Shown piece by piece: positions 18,687 to 27,838 of a stretch of 58,872 nt of DNA. Below the pieces are notes generated by a model. That model worked only from the letters and a program-made list of their open reading frames with translations. It made no database searches and was not told where the DNA came from. The position numbers and the translations under genes were made by a program. Origin of the DNA: a bacterium (GTDB lineage Bacteria; Patescibacteriota; Minisyncoccia; Phycocordibacterales; Phycocordibacteraceae); contig JAJZPB010000004.1 of NCBI GenBank assembly GCA_021811365.1, positions 1-58,872 on the forward strand, in the 5' to 3' direction. The stretch's first letter is position 1; the number at the start of each line of letters is the position of its first letter.

Positions 18687-19241
18687 GTGGCAGCCGAACG
18701 ACTAAATATCAACCGTGAAATTTCGACGCGTGAACTGCGCGTTATAGGCACCGAGGGTGAAAACCTCGGCGTCCTTACGCTTGCACAGGCTCTTGCCGCT
18801 GCTGAGCGCGCTGGCCTCGACCTTATCGAGATTTCGCCCAGAGCGGTCCCGCCCGTTGCGAGAATCGCGGATTATGGTAAATTCGAGTACGAGCGAAGCA
18901 AAAAGGAAAAGGCGGTAAAAGCCAAGGCCAAGGTCTCCGAAACCAAGGAAGTCCAAATAAAGGTCGGCACGGGTGATAACGACATGCTGCTCAAAGCCAA
19001 AAAGGCCGCCGAATGGCTTGACGAAGGTCATCGCGTGCGCGCTGAACTTTTCCTGAAAGGCCGCTACAAAGGCATGAGCGAGGAGTTCCTGAAAGAACGG
19101 CTCGTGAGATTCCTGGAGCGTATCCCGTATGCGTACCGGCTTGCCGAGCCGATTACCCGCAGCCCGAAAGGCTTTGCCGGCGTTATCGAACGCGACCCGA
19201 AAGCGGTGCGAAAGGCTGAGGAAACCAAAACAAACCCATGA
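18687..19241 (+). CDS. infC: translation initiation factor IF-3
   Basis: INREI, LDLIEISP, PPVARIADYGKF; GTG start 9 nt after TGtTATAAT; followed by rpmI-rplT. Confidence 0.95.
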   Translation: MAAERLNINREISTRELRVIGTEGENLGVLTLAQALAAAERAGLDLIEISPRAVPPVARIADYGKFEYERSKKEKAVKAKAKVSETKEVQIKVGTGDNDMLLKAKKAAEWLDEGHRVRAELFLKGRYKGMSEEFLKERLVRFLERIPYAYRLAEPITRSPKGFAGVIERDPKAVRKAEETKTNP

Positions 19242-19423
19242 AAACCAACAAATCGTACACAAAGCGGATCCGCGTAACGCGTAACGGTAAACTCGTAGTA
19301 CGCATAAAGGGCCAGAACCATTTCAACGCGAAGTCGAGCGGCAGCAAGCGCCAGGCAAAGCGTCGCGCGGTGAGCCTCGTTCTCTCAGCGCGCGTACGCC
19401 GCCGCTTCCTCCCCGGCACGTAG
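19238..19423 (+). CDS. rpmI: 50S ribosomal protein L35
   Basis: MKTNKSYTKR...H motif; position between infC and rplT. Confidence 0.93.
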   Translation: MKTNKSYTKRIRVTRNGKLVVRIKGQNHFNAKSSGSKRQAKRRAVSLVLSARVRRRFLPGT

Positions 19424-19453
19424 GATTATTTAAGCTGTAGTAATTATTTTTGT

Positions 19454-19801
19454 ATGGCACGAGTTAAAGGCGGTGTAGCAGCACAAAAACGACGCAGGAA
19501 CCTCCTTGCACGAGCAAAGGGCTATCGCTACGGCCGATCGACAAAAAAGCGCCAGGCGCACGAGGCGATTCTCCACGCAGGGAAATACTCTTTCGACCAT
19601 CGAAAGAACAAGAAGACCGATTTCCGTCAGCTTTGGATTGTACGTCTCAATGCCGCTGTCCGCGAAAATGGTCTGACCTCGTACTCAACCTTTATCGGCA
19701 ATCTGAAGAAACAGAGCATCGCACTTGACCGCAAGGTGCTCGCTCAGTTTGCTGCCGAGCGGCCCGAGATCTTCTCCCGTATAGCCGCACAAGTGAAGTA
19801 G
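19454..19801 (+). CDS. rplT: 50S ribosomal protein L20
   Basis: MARVKGG, AKGY, FRQLWIVRLNAA, LDRKVLA. Confidence 0.97.
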   Translation: MARVKGGVAAQKRRRNLLARAKGYRYGRSTKKRQAHEAILHAGKYSFDHRKNKKTDFRQLWIVRLNAAVRENGLTSYSTFIGNLKKQSIALDRKVLAQFAAERPEIFSRIAAQVK

Positions 19802-19813
19802 TGGTTCCCGTTT

Positions 19814-19854
19814 TCAAATAGCAAAGGCCCGCTTGGCGGGCCTTTGCTATTTGA
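19814..19854. terminator. bidirectional terminator
   Basis: TCAAATAGCAAAGGCCCGC-TTG-GCGGGCCTTTGCTATTTGA. Confidence 0.8.
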
Positions 19855-19908
19855 GCCTGCCCGTTACCTAGGAGCCGTCTTCGTCGAGAGGTCACCTTGA
19901 GCGGCCTT

Positions 19909-21300
19909 TTACACATTTCGAACACCCGCTTTTGAAATTTCCCACACCGCGCCAACTTCGGGTACTATCGCGCGGCCACCAAGGTAGTCGTGAATGCGCT
20001 GTGCAAGGAAGCGTTCGCTTGCGGGCTCGCCAAGACCTACAAAAATCGCTTTGAGCCGCTTGCCCGCAAGCGACTGCTCCGCAAAATCGAGCAGTTCGTC
20101 GCGGTCAGCGTGACCCGACCAGCCTTCGAGGATTTCCACTTTGCCGCGTATGCGCACGTCCTGCCCGCCTAAGCGCACGTGTGAGGCACCTTCGGCCATG
20201 TGCCGGCCCGGCGAGCCTGGCGCCTGGTAGCCAACGATAATGAGCGTTGTAGACGGGTCTGGCAGGTATTGCCGCTCCCACCGCCCTATGCGCCCTCCAT
20301 GGCTCATGCCGGCACCAGCAATAATGATTTTCTGTCCGCGCGCTTTGGCGATTTCGTCGGATTCGGGCCGCGAGAGCGTCTTCGTAAGAAAGGAAAAGTC
20401 AAAAAGGCTTCCCTCCCGTTTCATTTCCTCCTCTGCTACGGGCTTGAAGTAGGTCGAGCCCCATTTGTCATACACGTCGGTGACGTGTATGGCGAGCGGC
20501 GAGTCGAGGTAGACCGGGATATGCGGCAGCTCTCCTGCCGCATAGAAGTTCGACAGTTCGTAGAGCATGAGCTGCGTACGCTCGATCGAAAAGGCAGGTA
20601 TAAGTATCGTTCCGCCCCGTTCTATCGCTTTTTTGAGCGTGTCGCGCAAACGACTGACCCGGTCCTTGTGCGGCGGGTGAAGGCGGTCGCCGTACACGCT
20701 TTCCATTACCATCGCGTCGGCATCCGGCACCGGCTCCCAGTCGGGGAGCAAGGGCGACGGCGCGTTTCCAATATCGCCCGTAAGCGCGACCGCGGTACCG
20801 TCTTCGTCCGTGAGCCGCACGCTCGCCGAGCCCAAGATATGCCCAGTGTTGCGCAGATAGGCAGTCATGCCCGGAGCAACCTCGTGGTCCTTTCGGTACT
20901 CAAGGGTCTCGATGAGCTGGAAGGTCTCCGCGACGTCCTTTTCTTCGTACAGTGGCGACAGGCCGCGACGCTCGGCGTCTTCCGCGAGAATAGTTACTGA
21001 GTCTTTAAGTATAAGCTCCGCAAGGTCTTTGGTCGGCGGCGTCATGAAAAGTTTCCCGCGGAAGCCATCGCGTACGAGCTTCGGAATGCGCCCCACGTGG
21101 TCGAGGTGCGCGTGTGTGAGCACGAGTGCATCGATGCCCGCCGGGTCATACGCAAAAGGACCATACACGTCTTCGGTTGCTACGTCTGCTCCCTGCTCGA
21201 TGCCACAGTCCACAAGCACCTTTGCTTTGCCGCTCTCCACTAGAAAGTTTGAGCCGGTAACCTTGCCAGCCCCGCCATAAAACCCGAGTCGTAGTGCCAT
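19909..21300 (-). CDS. MBL-fold beta-CASP ribonuclease (bacterial CPSF-like)
   Basis: GGAGKVTGS, THAHLDHVGR, GHILGS, ESVYG, PAFSIERTQ, GMSHGGRI, SGHAD. Confidence 0.95.
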   Translation of the reverse strand: MALRLGFYGGAGKVTGSNFLVESGKAKVLVDCGIEQGADVATEDVYGPFAYDPAGIDALVLTHAHLDHVGRIPKLVRDGFRGKLFMTPPTKDLAELILKDSVTILAEDAERRGLSPLYEEKDVAETFQLIETLEYRKDHEVAPGMTAYLRNTGHILGSASVRLTDEDGTAVALTGDIGNAPSPLLPDWEPVPDADAMVMESVYGDRLHPPHKDRVSRLRDTLKKAIERGGTILIPAFSIERTQLMLYELSNFYAAGELPHIPVYLDSPLAIHVTDVYDKWGSTYFKPVAEEEMKREGSLFDFSFLTKTLSRPESDEIAKARGQKIIIAGAGMSHGGRIGRWERQYLPDPSTTLIIVGYQAPGSPGRHMAEGASHVRLGGQDVRIRGKVEILEGWSGHADRDELLDFAEQSLAGKRLKAIFVGLGEPASERFLAQRIHDYLGGRAIVPEVGAVWEISKAGVRNV

Positions 21301-21357
21301 GCAGAAACTGTAGCATGCAGCCTACATGTAAAAACACCTCAGAGCGGCATTTTTTGC

Positions 21358-21500
21358 GCGAAACCACCCCCCTCGGGGGATGGCAACTTTTATTGCCACG
21401 TGGGGCGTGCAACAAGGCTCCTGCGCACAAAAGAGAGCCGCCCTACCAACCTGCCTGCACCCTACAAAGCAGTTACTTGCTCAAAAAAGAAAACGGTCGC
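21358..21500 (-). ncRNA. candidate 6S-like RNA, copy 2 (~143 nt)
   Basis: Shares an identical 32-nt 3' core with copy 1; 5' GUAACU pairs with core AGUUGC, GGGUGCAG with UUGCACGCCC; weak GU-rich closing stem GCGACCG/UGGUUUCGC; TGTAAT 6 nt upstream. Confidence 0.45.
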
Positions 21501-21645
21501 TTGGCGATTACACAAGCTATCCCGACAGGGGTCGTTCTCCGCGTGAAAGTCCAACTTTCATAACGCATACAACCGCGCTTGCGCGCGGTTGTATGCGAGG
21601 AACCGTTCCGGGGTGGCAACTTTTATTGCCACGTGGGGCGTGCAA
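21381..21645. repeat. exact 32-bp direct repeat pair (21381-21412 and 21614-21645)
   Basis: TGGCAACTTTTATTGCCACGTGGGGCGTGCAA occurs twice, 233 bp apart. Confidence 0.95.
21564..21597 (-). terminator. hairpin with GCAA tetraloop immediately 3' of ncRNA copy 1
   Basis: CGCATACAACCGCGC-GCAA-GCGCGGTTGTATGCG on the minus strand. Confidence 0.7.
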
Positions 21646-21743
21646 TGCGTGCCGGTCGATGCTGTTGCCAGCCTCGTTTGAACGCGCTCAATACACGTAT
21701 CCCCTGAAAGAGAGCAAGTTGCGTTTATACGGAACGGCCCCTC
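21597..21743 (-). ncRNA. candidate 6S-like RNA, copy 1 (~147 nt)
   Basis: TTCACG-16-TATAAT promoter directly upstream; 14-bp closing stem GAGGGGCCGUUCCG/CGGAACGGUUCCUC (GU pairs only on the minus strand); rod-like fold with internal bubble; terminator hairpin directly downstream. Confidence 0.65.
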
Positions 21744-21816
21744 CGCCATTATACGCGCGTCTTCGCGCGCGTGAAGCTATACGTGGAAGGTCTGACCTTC
21801 CACAAAGTAGGCGCTG

Positions 21817-22425
21817 CTACTGCTCAAGATAGTCGTCGAGCTCCGGGCTGTAGACGATCGCGTCCTGCATGCGGCGGTACCTGACAATCTCTTCCGGTTT
21901 GAACCAGTGCTTAATTTCCGCTTCAGCTTCGCTCGGCGAGCCTGAGGCGTGAATGAGATTGCGGATAGCGCGGCCGTCTGTGTCCGACATAGGATATGAA
22001 TCAAGCACATAGTCTCCGCGAATCGTGCCGGGGGCGCTCGAAAGCGGCTCGGTGCTACCCACAAGCTTGCGTACGACCTTTACGGCATGCGCGCCTTCCC
22101 AAATCATCGGGACGATCGGGCCGGCAACCATATACCGCTTAAGATTTTCTAGAATTACTGCGGTCACCTCGTATGGATCTTCTGAAGGGGGAGCTGCGCC
22201 CTTCTCCTTGTAGGAGCTAATTGTTTTTTCGCCGGTGATGCGGCGCCACTCGGGATCGAGCGTATAGTGCTTTTCCACATGCTCGGCACTCGTTGTCGTC
22301 ATTTTAATTGCAACGAGTTTGAGACCAACGTTCTCAAAACGCTTCATGATTTCGCCCACCAAGGCGCGCTGGACGCCGTCAGGCTTCACAATAACGAGCG
22401 TTCGTTCAGTTTTCGGATGTGCCAT
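21817..22425 (-). CDS. ndk: nucleoside diphosphate kinase (long form)
   Basis: ERTLVIVKPDGVQR, PGTIRGDY, RNLIHAS catalytic His. Confidence 0.96.
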   Translation of the reverse strand: MAHPKTERTLVIVKPDGVQRALVGEIMKRFENVGLKLVAIKMTTTSAEHVEKHYTLDPEWRRITGEKTISSYKEKGAAPPSEDPYEVTAVILENLKRYMVAGPIVPMIWEGAHAVKVVRKLVGSTEPLSSAPGTIRGDYVLDSYPMSDTDGRAIRNLIHASGSPSEAEAEIKHWFKPEEIVRYRRMQDAIVYSPELDDYLEQ

Positions 22426-22498
22426 AGGTTTAAAAATAAAATCGCCGAGGGCGACGGTTACAGACGTACTATACAGGTTTTGCGGCCCTTGAGCCAGG

Positions 22499-23260
22499 CT
22501 ACACCACCGTTACCGGAGTGGCGGCGCCATTTTCGAGAATGACCGTGTGCTCGAAACAGGCGACGCGCGAGCCGTCTTTGGTGATGTAGGAAAAGCCGTC
22601 GGGCGCCACCCGTATGGCCGCTTTGCCGGTTCCCACTATCGGTTCGATAGCGATAACCATGCCTTCCTCAAGCAGTGCGCCCGTGCCAGCTCTACCGAAG
22701 TTCGGAATAAACGGCTCTTCGTGCACAAGTTCGCCCAACCCGTGGCCGCCAAGCGCCTTAATAATCGTGAAGCCAGCGCTCTCGACCACACACTGCACGG
22801 CATGCGAAATATCGCCCACGCGGCCGCCGGGCTTGGCGGCCGCCACTCCCGCATCGCGCGCTGCTTTCGTAACTTCGAGCAGTTTCCGCGAGCGTTCGTC
22901 GACCTGCCCCACTGCCACCGTTATCGCCGAGTCGACGACCATGCTGTCGTGAATGAGCCCAAGGTCGAGAATGACCACATCACCCTCTTTGAGCACTTTC
23001 GCTGCCTGCGGCAAACCGTGCGCCGCCTCTTCATTGACTGACACACACAAGCTTGCTGGGTACGGGTGCGTACCGTCGGGCGCATACCCCAAAAAAGAGG
23101 GGGTATCCCCGCCGTCGCGGATAAGGGTTTCAGCCAGATCGTCGAGCGTCTGCGCGGAAACTCCTGGCGCTACGCGCTTGCCGAGTTCTTCCAAAATGCG
23201 CGCGAGGCGTCGCCCGCCTTCTACGAGCGCTGCGCGCTGGCTGCCGTTCGTAATTGTCAT
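22499..23260 (-). CDS. map: methionine aminopeptidase type I
   Basis: CVSVNEEAAHG, DLG...DSA, GHGLG...HEEP, AIEP, FEHT. Confidence 0.97.
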   Translation of the reverse strand: MTITNGSQRAALVEGGRRLARILEELGKRVAPGVSAQTLDDLAETLIRDGGDTPSFLGYAPDGTHPYPASLCVSVNEEAAHGLPQAAKVLKEGDVVILDLGLIHDSMVVDSAITVAVGQVDERSRKLLEVTKAARDAGVAAAKPGGRVGDISHAVQCVVESAGFTIIKALGGHGLGELVHEEPFIPNFGRAGTGALLEEGMVIAIEPIVGTGKAAIRVAPDGFSYITKDGSRVACFEHTVILENGAATPVTVV

Positions 23261-23850
23261 TGCGCTAATTCGAGCGCCTTTCTGATGTCCGCTGCAATGG
23301 CATCCGGCCCTTGTTCGCCGTTTATGTTGACCAGCACGTCTTTCTCGCGGAAGAAGTCAATCGCACCTTGCGTATGCTCGGTAAACTCCTTAAATCGAAT
23401 GCGGATTTTCTCTTCTGAGTTGCTGTCCGGCCGACCGCCCGTCTGCGCGCGGTCGAGCTGACGGCGCGTTGCCTCCTCTTCGCTGACCTCAAGGTTAAGC
23501 ACGCGGTACGAACGACCAAGCCACGTTACCACTTCATCAAATAGTTCGGCTTCCGCCCGCCAACGGCCTGTTCCTTCGAAAATAACACCCGTGCCGTGCG
23601 GAGCGCGCAAAAGCGCGTCCTCAAAAAGATACTCGGCAAACCACGCTGGCATCAGCTTGCCCGTGTCGTAAACCTCCCTCACTCGCTCCCCGAGCGCATC
23701 GCGATGCTCACGCAGCTCACGAAACCGCTCGCCGGTAGAAAAGATATGGAAACCGGTGTCATCGGCGAGTCGGCGGGCCTGCGTTTCCTTCCCGGATCCA
23801 GGGCGGCCGATAAAGAGAATCGTGCGAATCGGATGATGGCGATGCGGCAT
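23257..23850 (-). CDS. adk: adenylate kinase family (short LID)
   Basis: GRPGSGKETQA P-loop, STGERFR, GRPDS; position between secY and map; some canonical residues differ (EGTGR for DGFPR). Confidence 0.8.
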   Translation of the reverse strand: MPHRHHPIRTILFIGRPGSGKETQARRLADDTGFHIFSTGERFRELREHRDALGERVREVYDTGKLMPAWFAEYLFEDALLRAPHGTGVIFEGTGRWRAEAELFDEVVTWLGRSYRVLNLEVSEEEATRRQLDRAQTGGRPDSNSEEKIRIRFKEFTEHTQGAIDFFREKDVLVNINGEQGPDAIAADIRKALELAQ

Positions 23851-23901
23851 GTACCGAAAGTGTAGCAAAGACGCGCACGAGCCGCTATACTGTGTACACG
23901 T

Positions 23902-24465
23902 GTGAAAAAAAATATCATCACCATAGCCGGCTCGATCGGCAGCGGTAAGTCGTCGACCGCCAAGGCCATCGCGAGCGCGCTGGGCTACCAGCACTTCTCG
24001 TCAGGCGACTTGTTCCGCCAAATAGCAGCCGAGCGCAATATGTCCGTCGAGGCCATAAACGCCCTCACCGTCGAAGAGCGGAACGAAATCGACCAGCATG
24101 TAGACGGAATGCTCCGCGACATGAGCACTGGGGGCAACCTGGTCATCGACTCGCGTCTTGCATTCCACTGGATTCCTGATTCTTTCAAGCTCTTTCTCTG
24201 TGTCGACCCTGAAACGGCTGCTGAACGCATTTTTGCGCAGATTTTGGGTGAGGGCCGCATAAGCCAAAGCGGTTCGTCGATTGAGGAGATCCAAGCAGCA
24301 ACTGAAACGCGCACCAAGCAAGAAACCAGCCGCTACCAAGCCCTCTATGGCGTCAATATCTACGATGTGAGTCAGTTCGACGCCATGTTCCATACAGGCA
24401 AAAACGACCTCCCTACGGTCGCTGCAATGGCACTAGCTGCCTTCCGAGCCTGGCATCAGAACTAA
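23902..24465 (+). CDS. cytidylate kinase, archaeal-like (short) type
   Basis: ITIAGSIGSGKSS, SSGDLFRQIA, VIDSRLA, RYQALYG; GTG start. Confidence 0.85.
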   Translation: MKKNIITIAGSIGSGKSSTAKAIASALGYQHFSSGDLFRQIAAERNMSVEAINALTVEERNEIDQHVDGMLRDMSTGGNLVIDSRLAFHWIPDSFKLFLCVDPETAAERIFAQILGEGRISQSGSSIEEIQAATETRTKQETSRYQALYGVNIYDVSQFDAMFHTGKNDLPTVAAMALAAFRAWHQN

Positions 24466-24549
24466 CTCCTGTCGCAAGTACGATACCCGCGTTGTGCACC
24501 ATTTCCCCGTAGCAAGGCCGCTCGGGATTATTGCAATCTACTGCAGGTA

Positions 24550-25824
24550 CTAGTACTCCCGAAGAGAAACCTGCGCGTCGATTTTCTGCGCCAGGTCGAG
24601 GGTCACCTGCACCGCAATGAGGAGCGCGGTGCCGCCTAGAACGAGCGTCGTTATTCCCGTCAGGCCTTGAATGATGCTCGGTGCAACGGCAATGAGCCCA
24701 AGAAACGCCGCGCCCGGAAGCGTTACGCGGTTTACTACCTGCGAAATGTACGTCTCGGTCTCGTGGCCTGGGCGCACGCCCGGCACAAAGGCACCCGTCT
24801 TCTGGAGGTTTTCGGCAACGCGGTGCGGCTCAAATGTCACTGCCGTGTAGAAGTACGTGAACAGCACTACTAGAAGAAAGTACACCGCACCGTACTCCCA
24901 GGGATTTGCAAGGAAGGTTGCGTACCAGAGCGAAGCGCCAGTCGCGAAAGATACGTGAGCGGCTGAGAGCATGGTGAGCGCCATCTGCGGCAGTAAGAGG
25001 AGCGAGAGAGCGAAAATAATGGGAATGACGCCTGCCTGCAGAAGACGAATCGGCAAGTACGTTGCGGCTCCCTGCGACATTGCCGCGCCGCGCACCGCGC
25101 GTGCATACGCTATCGGAATAGAACGTTCCGCATCAGAAACAATAACCACGGTGTAAATCATGGCGAGCGCGAGCGCGAGAAACGCGACATAGGCGGGGAT
25201 ATTCGCGGCCGTTGACGCGTAAATTGCCTGGGAAATGCCCGATGGCACGCTCGCCATAATACCCGCCAAAATGATGAGCGAGACGCCGTTTCCGATGCCA
25301 AATTCGGTCACGAGCTCGCCAATCCACATGAGAAGCAGCGAACCTCCCACTACGAGTCCGATATTCGCAATAAACGCAACTGCGCCGAGGTGCGCAATCA
25401 CGCCCTGGCTTTCGAGGAGAAGCAAGAAACCGATTCCCTGAAGCACCGCGATAGGGATGGTGAGCAGGCGGCTCCACTGAATGAATTTCGCGCGACCCGT
25501 CTCTCCTTCCTCAAAGTAGGCATCTTTCACCTGCGGGAAAATAATCGTACCGAGCTGCATAATGATGCTTGCGGTTATGTACGGACCAACGCCGAGCATA
25601 ACGAGCGAGAGCCGGGAAAGGCCGCCGCCCGAGAAAATATTCAAAAGGCCGAAGAACTGGTTGTTTGCGAAAAAGCTTGCGAGCGCCGAGCGATTAACGC
25701 CAGGGATGGGAATAGCAGCAAGAAAGCGGAACACGACAAGCGAACCTGCCAAAAAAAGCATGCGACGGCGGATCTCCGCGTCACCGTACGCAAGCCTAAG
25801 CTTGCGGAAAAAAGCCTCAATCAT
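24550..25824 (-). CDS. secY: preprotein translocase subunit SecY
   Basis: LGVGPYITASIIMQL, GIGNGVSLII, AGVIPIIFA, FVPGVRPG, GGTALLI. Confidence 0.98.
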   Translation of the reverse strand: MIEAFFRKLRLAYGDAEIRRRMLFLAGSLVVFRFLAAIPIPGVNRSALASFFANNQFFGLLNIFSGGGLSRLSLVMLGVGPYITASIIMQLGTIIFPQVKDAYFEEGETGRAKFIQWSRLLTIPIAVLQGIGFLLLLESQGVIAHLGAVAFIANIGLVVGGSLLLMWIGELVTEFGIGNGVSLIILAGIMASVPSGISQAIYASTAANIPAYVAFLALALAMIYTVVIVSDAERSIPIAYARAVRGAAMSQGAATYLPIRLLQAGVIPIIFALSLLLLPQMALTMLSAAHVSFATGASLWYATFLANPWEYGAVYFLLVVLFTYFYTAVTFEPHRVAENLQKTGAFVPGVRPGHETETYISQVVNRVTLPGAAFLGLIAVAPSIIQGLTGITTLVLGGTALLIAVQVTLDLAQKIDAQVSLREY

Positions 25825-26269
25825 GGATCGTTCCGCCCGCCGCGAGCAGCGCCGCGCGCGCCGGCTTCGATACCTCGCATCGCGCGACAACGAGCGCCTT
25901 CGATACGGAGTCGGTAGCAAGCACTTTTACCATAGGCGCCCGGCCCTTCGCGCGACGTACGAGGCCCTTGACGAGCAGCGTTGCCGGAGAGACCGTTTCT
26001 CCCGCCACAAAAGCCGACTCAAGTGCGGCGAGATTTACCGAGCTCACGGGGATGCGGTTCGTACGAACAGTACGCGCCCGGTTCTTTCCGTAGCCGCGGC
26101 GCTTCGGAAGCTTCTTAATAAGGTCGCGCATCTCTGGACGCATCTTGTGCCCAGCGCGAGCTTTCTGACCTTTGGTTCCGCGTCCGCTCGTTTTACCGCG
26201 CTTTCCGCCACGGCCGACCGCAGTTGACGTCTTCTTTTTCGTATGAGGAGTGAGGGTATGGAGCTGCAT
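25817..26269 (-). CDS. rplO: 50S ribosomal protein L15
   Basis: GRGGKRGKTSGRGTKGQKARAG, LPKRRG. Confidence 0.97.
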   Translation of the reverse strand: MQLHTLTPHTKKKTSTAVGRGGKRGKTSGRGTKGQKARAGHKMRPEMRDLIKKLPKRRGYGKNRARTVRTNRIPVSSVNLAALESAFVAGETVSPATLLVKGLVRRAKGRAPMVKVLATDSVSKALVVARCEVSKPARAALLAAGGTIHD

Positions 26270-26280
26270 GGTAGTAAAAT

Positions 26281-26916
26281 CTAGACAACTGCTTCCGGCA
26301 CAGCCGCCTTCGGGGTCGTTGGCGTGCGGCGAAGCTGTTCAAGCGCCGCCACTGTTGCGCGCGCATTTGCGAGCTTATTCTTGCTGCGCGTGTGGATCTT
26401 AGTCACGACGTCGGTAACGCCCGCCATGTCGAGCACGGTACGGACAGACGAGCCAGCCACGAGACCGCGTCCTCTGGACGGAATAACTTCGACTACTGAC
26501 GCATTCGCCTTAGCGCTCACGCCGTGAGGAATGGAGTTGTTCGCCGTGCGCGGCACGGTGCAGAGATGCTTGCGTGCATCACGCGTCGCCTTCTCTATCG
26601 CAAGCGCCGTATCGACACCCTTTCCAAGCCCGACGCCGACCCGACCCTTTCGGTCGCCGATGACCACCGCAACGCTAAAGTTAAAGCGCCGGCCGCCGGC
26701 CATAACGCGAGCCACGCGACGCGCATCGATGGTCACCTGATCAAACTCGCCACGTTCGCGCGGCGGGCGGGCGCGCTGGCCACCACGCGGAGCGCGACCG
26801 CGAAGCGAACCGCGGTCCCGGCGATCCGCGGCGCCGCGCTGCGGGACGGCCTGCTTAGGCGCTTCCGGCGCTCCTCCTTGCTCCTGTGCGATTTCAGTTT
26901 CAGTACCTGTGGTCAT
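26281..26916 (-). CDS. rpsE: 30S ribosomal protein S5 (N-terminal extension)
   Basis: RVARVMAGGRRFNF, GRVGVGLGKG, GLVAGSSVR. Confidence 0.98.
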   Translation of the reverse strand: MTTGTETEIAQEQGGAPEAPKQAVPQRGAADRRDRGSLRGRAPRGGQRARPPRERGEFDQVTIDARRVARVMAGGRRFNFSVAVVIGDRKGRVGVGLGKGVDTALAIEKATRDARKHLCTVPRTANNSIPHGVSAKANASVVEVIPSRGRGLVAGSSVRTVLDMAGVTDVVTKIHTRSKNKLANARATVAALEQLRRTPTTPKAAVPEAVV

Positions 26917-26922
26917 AACTAT

Positions 26923-27273
26923 TTAAAATGAAAGCCCTCCTTCTCGCGCAGCATCCGCGAGTTCTTTAACGTGCCCGACGTAACGATAGCCGCCGCGATC
27001 AAACACAACGGCGCCGACGCCGAGCGTTTTAGACTTTTGGGCAATCGCCTTGCCCACCGCAACCGCCTGTGCCGACTGCGAACCCTTAAAGCTCTTGCCG
27101 TGTGCCGAAGCGAGCGTATTCCCGGCAGCGTCATCGATAAGCTGCGCCGAAAGGTAACGGTTCGACTTAAACACGGACAGCCGCGGACGTTCGGCCGTAC
27201 CCGAAACCCGGGCGCGTACGCGCGCGCGACGGCGTTCGCGCATGAGCTCTTTTGCGTTGGTGGTAGTTTTCAT
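26923..27273 (-). CDS. rplR: 50S ribosomal protein L18
   Basis: RPRLSVFKSN, VFDRGGYRY, LADAAREGGL. Confidence 0.97.
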   Translation of the reverse strand: MKTTTNAKELMRERRRARVRARVSGTAERPRLSVFKSNRYLSAQLIDDAAGNTLASAHGKSFKGSQSAQAVAVGKAIAQKSKTLGVGAVVFDRGGYRYVGHVKELADAAREGGLSF

Positions 27274-27277
27274 AGAC

Positions 27278-27835
27278 TTATGTAGCGCGCTTGCCCTGCT
27301 TGCGGCGAACGACTTCACCCTCATAGCGAATACCTTTTCCGAGGTAGGGCTCAGGCGGCTTCACGCGCCGGACGTTTGCCGCAAACTGGCCGACGGTCTC
27401 CTTGTTTGCGCCGGTAAGCGTCATGACATTTTTTTCGACGAGTGCGGTTACGCCTTCGGGGATGTCGAGTGCCACCTGGTGAGAGAAACCAACCGTAAGC
27501 ACCACCTGCGCACCCTTCACCTCCATACGGTACCCCACGCCTTCGAGAATGAGCTTGCGCACGTACGGGCTCTCGACACCACGCACCATATTTTTAATAT
27601 GAGCCGCATACGTACCCACGAGCGCTCGCGCGAGGCGCGAACGGTCATTTGCCGTCACCATAATGCCCTCTGTCCCTACCATAATGTTGACCGACGGGTG
27701 CACGCGCTTCTCAAGCGTCGCCTTTGAGCCCTTAACCGTAACCATGCCTCCCGCAACCGACACCTGGGCCTTACCCGGTATAATCGGCTTTCGCGCAAGA
27801 CGGCTTACTCCTTTTTTTACAGTTTCGGTTTCCAT
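27278..27835 (-). CDS. rplF: 50S ribosomal protein L6
   Basis: GVGYR, GFSH, PPEPYLGKGIRY. Confidence 0.98.
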   Translation of the reverse strand: METETVKKGVSRLARKPIIPGKAQVSVAGGMVTVKGSKATLEKRVHPSVNIMVGTEGIMVTANDRSRLARALVGTYAAHIKNMVRGVESPYVRKLILEGVGYRMEVKGAQVVLTVGFSHQVALDIPEGVTALVEKNVMTLTGANKETVGQFAANVRRVKPPEPYLGKGIRYEGEVVRRKQGKRAT

Positions 27836-27838
27836 GGT

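Noticed and set aside
21543-21560. GTGAAAGTCC resembling the RNase P RNA GAGGAAAGUCC motif
   Set aside because: It is one arm of a local hairpin (TGAAAGT-CCA-ACTTTCA), and the matching 3' P4 strand was not found
21381-21645. 32-bp partly palindromic direct repeat as a CRISPR array
   Set aside because: Only two copies, separated by 201 bp, with no cas genes; better explained as the shared core of two ncRNAs
21597-21743. tmRNA, suggested by the GGGGCCG 5' end
   Set aside because: Too short, no T-loop/CCA-type 3' end and no tag reading frame
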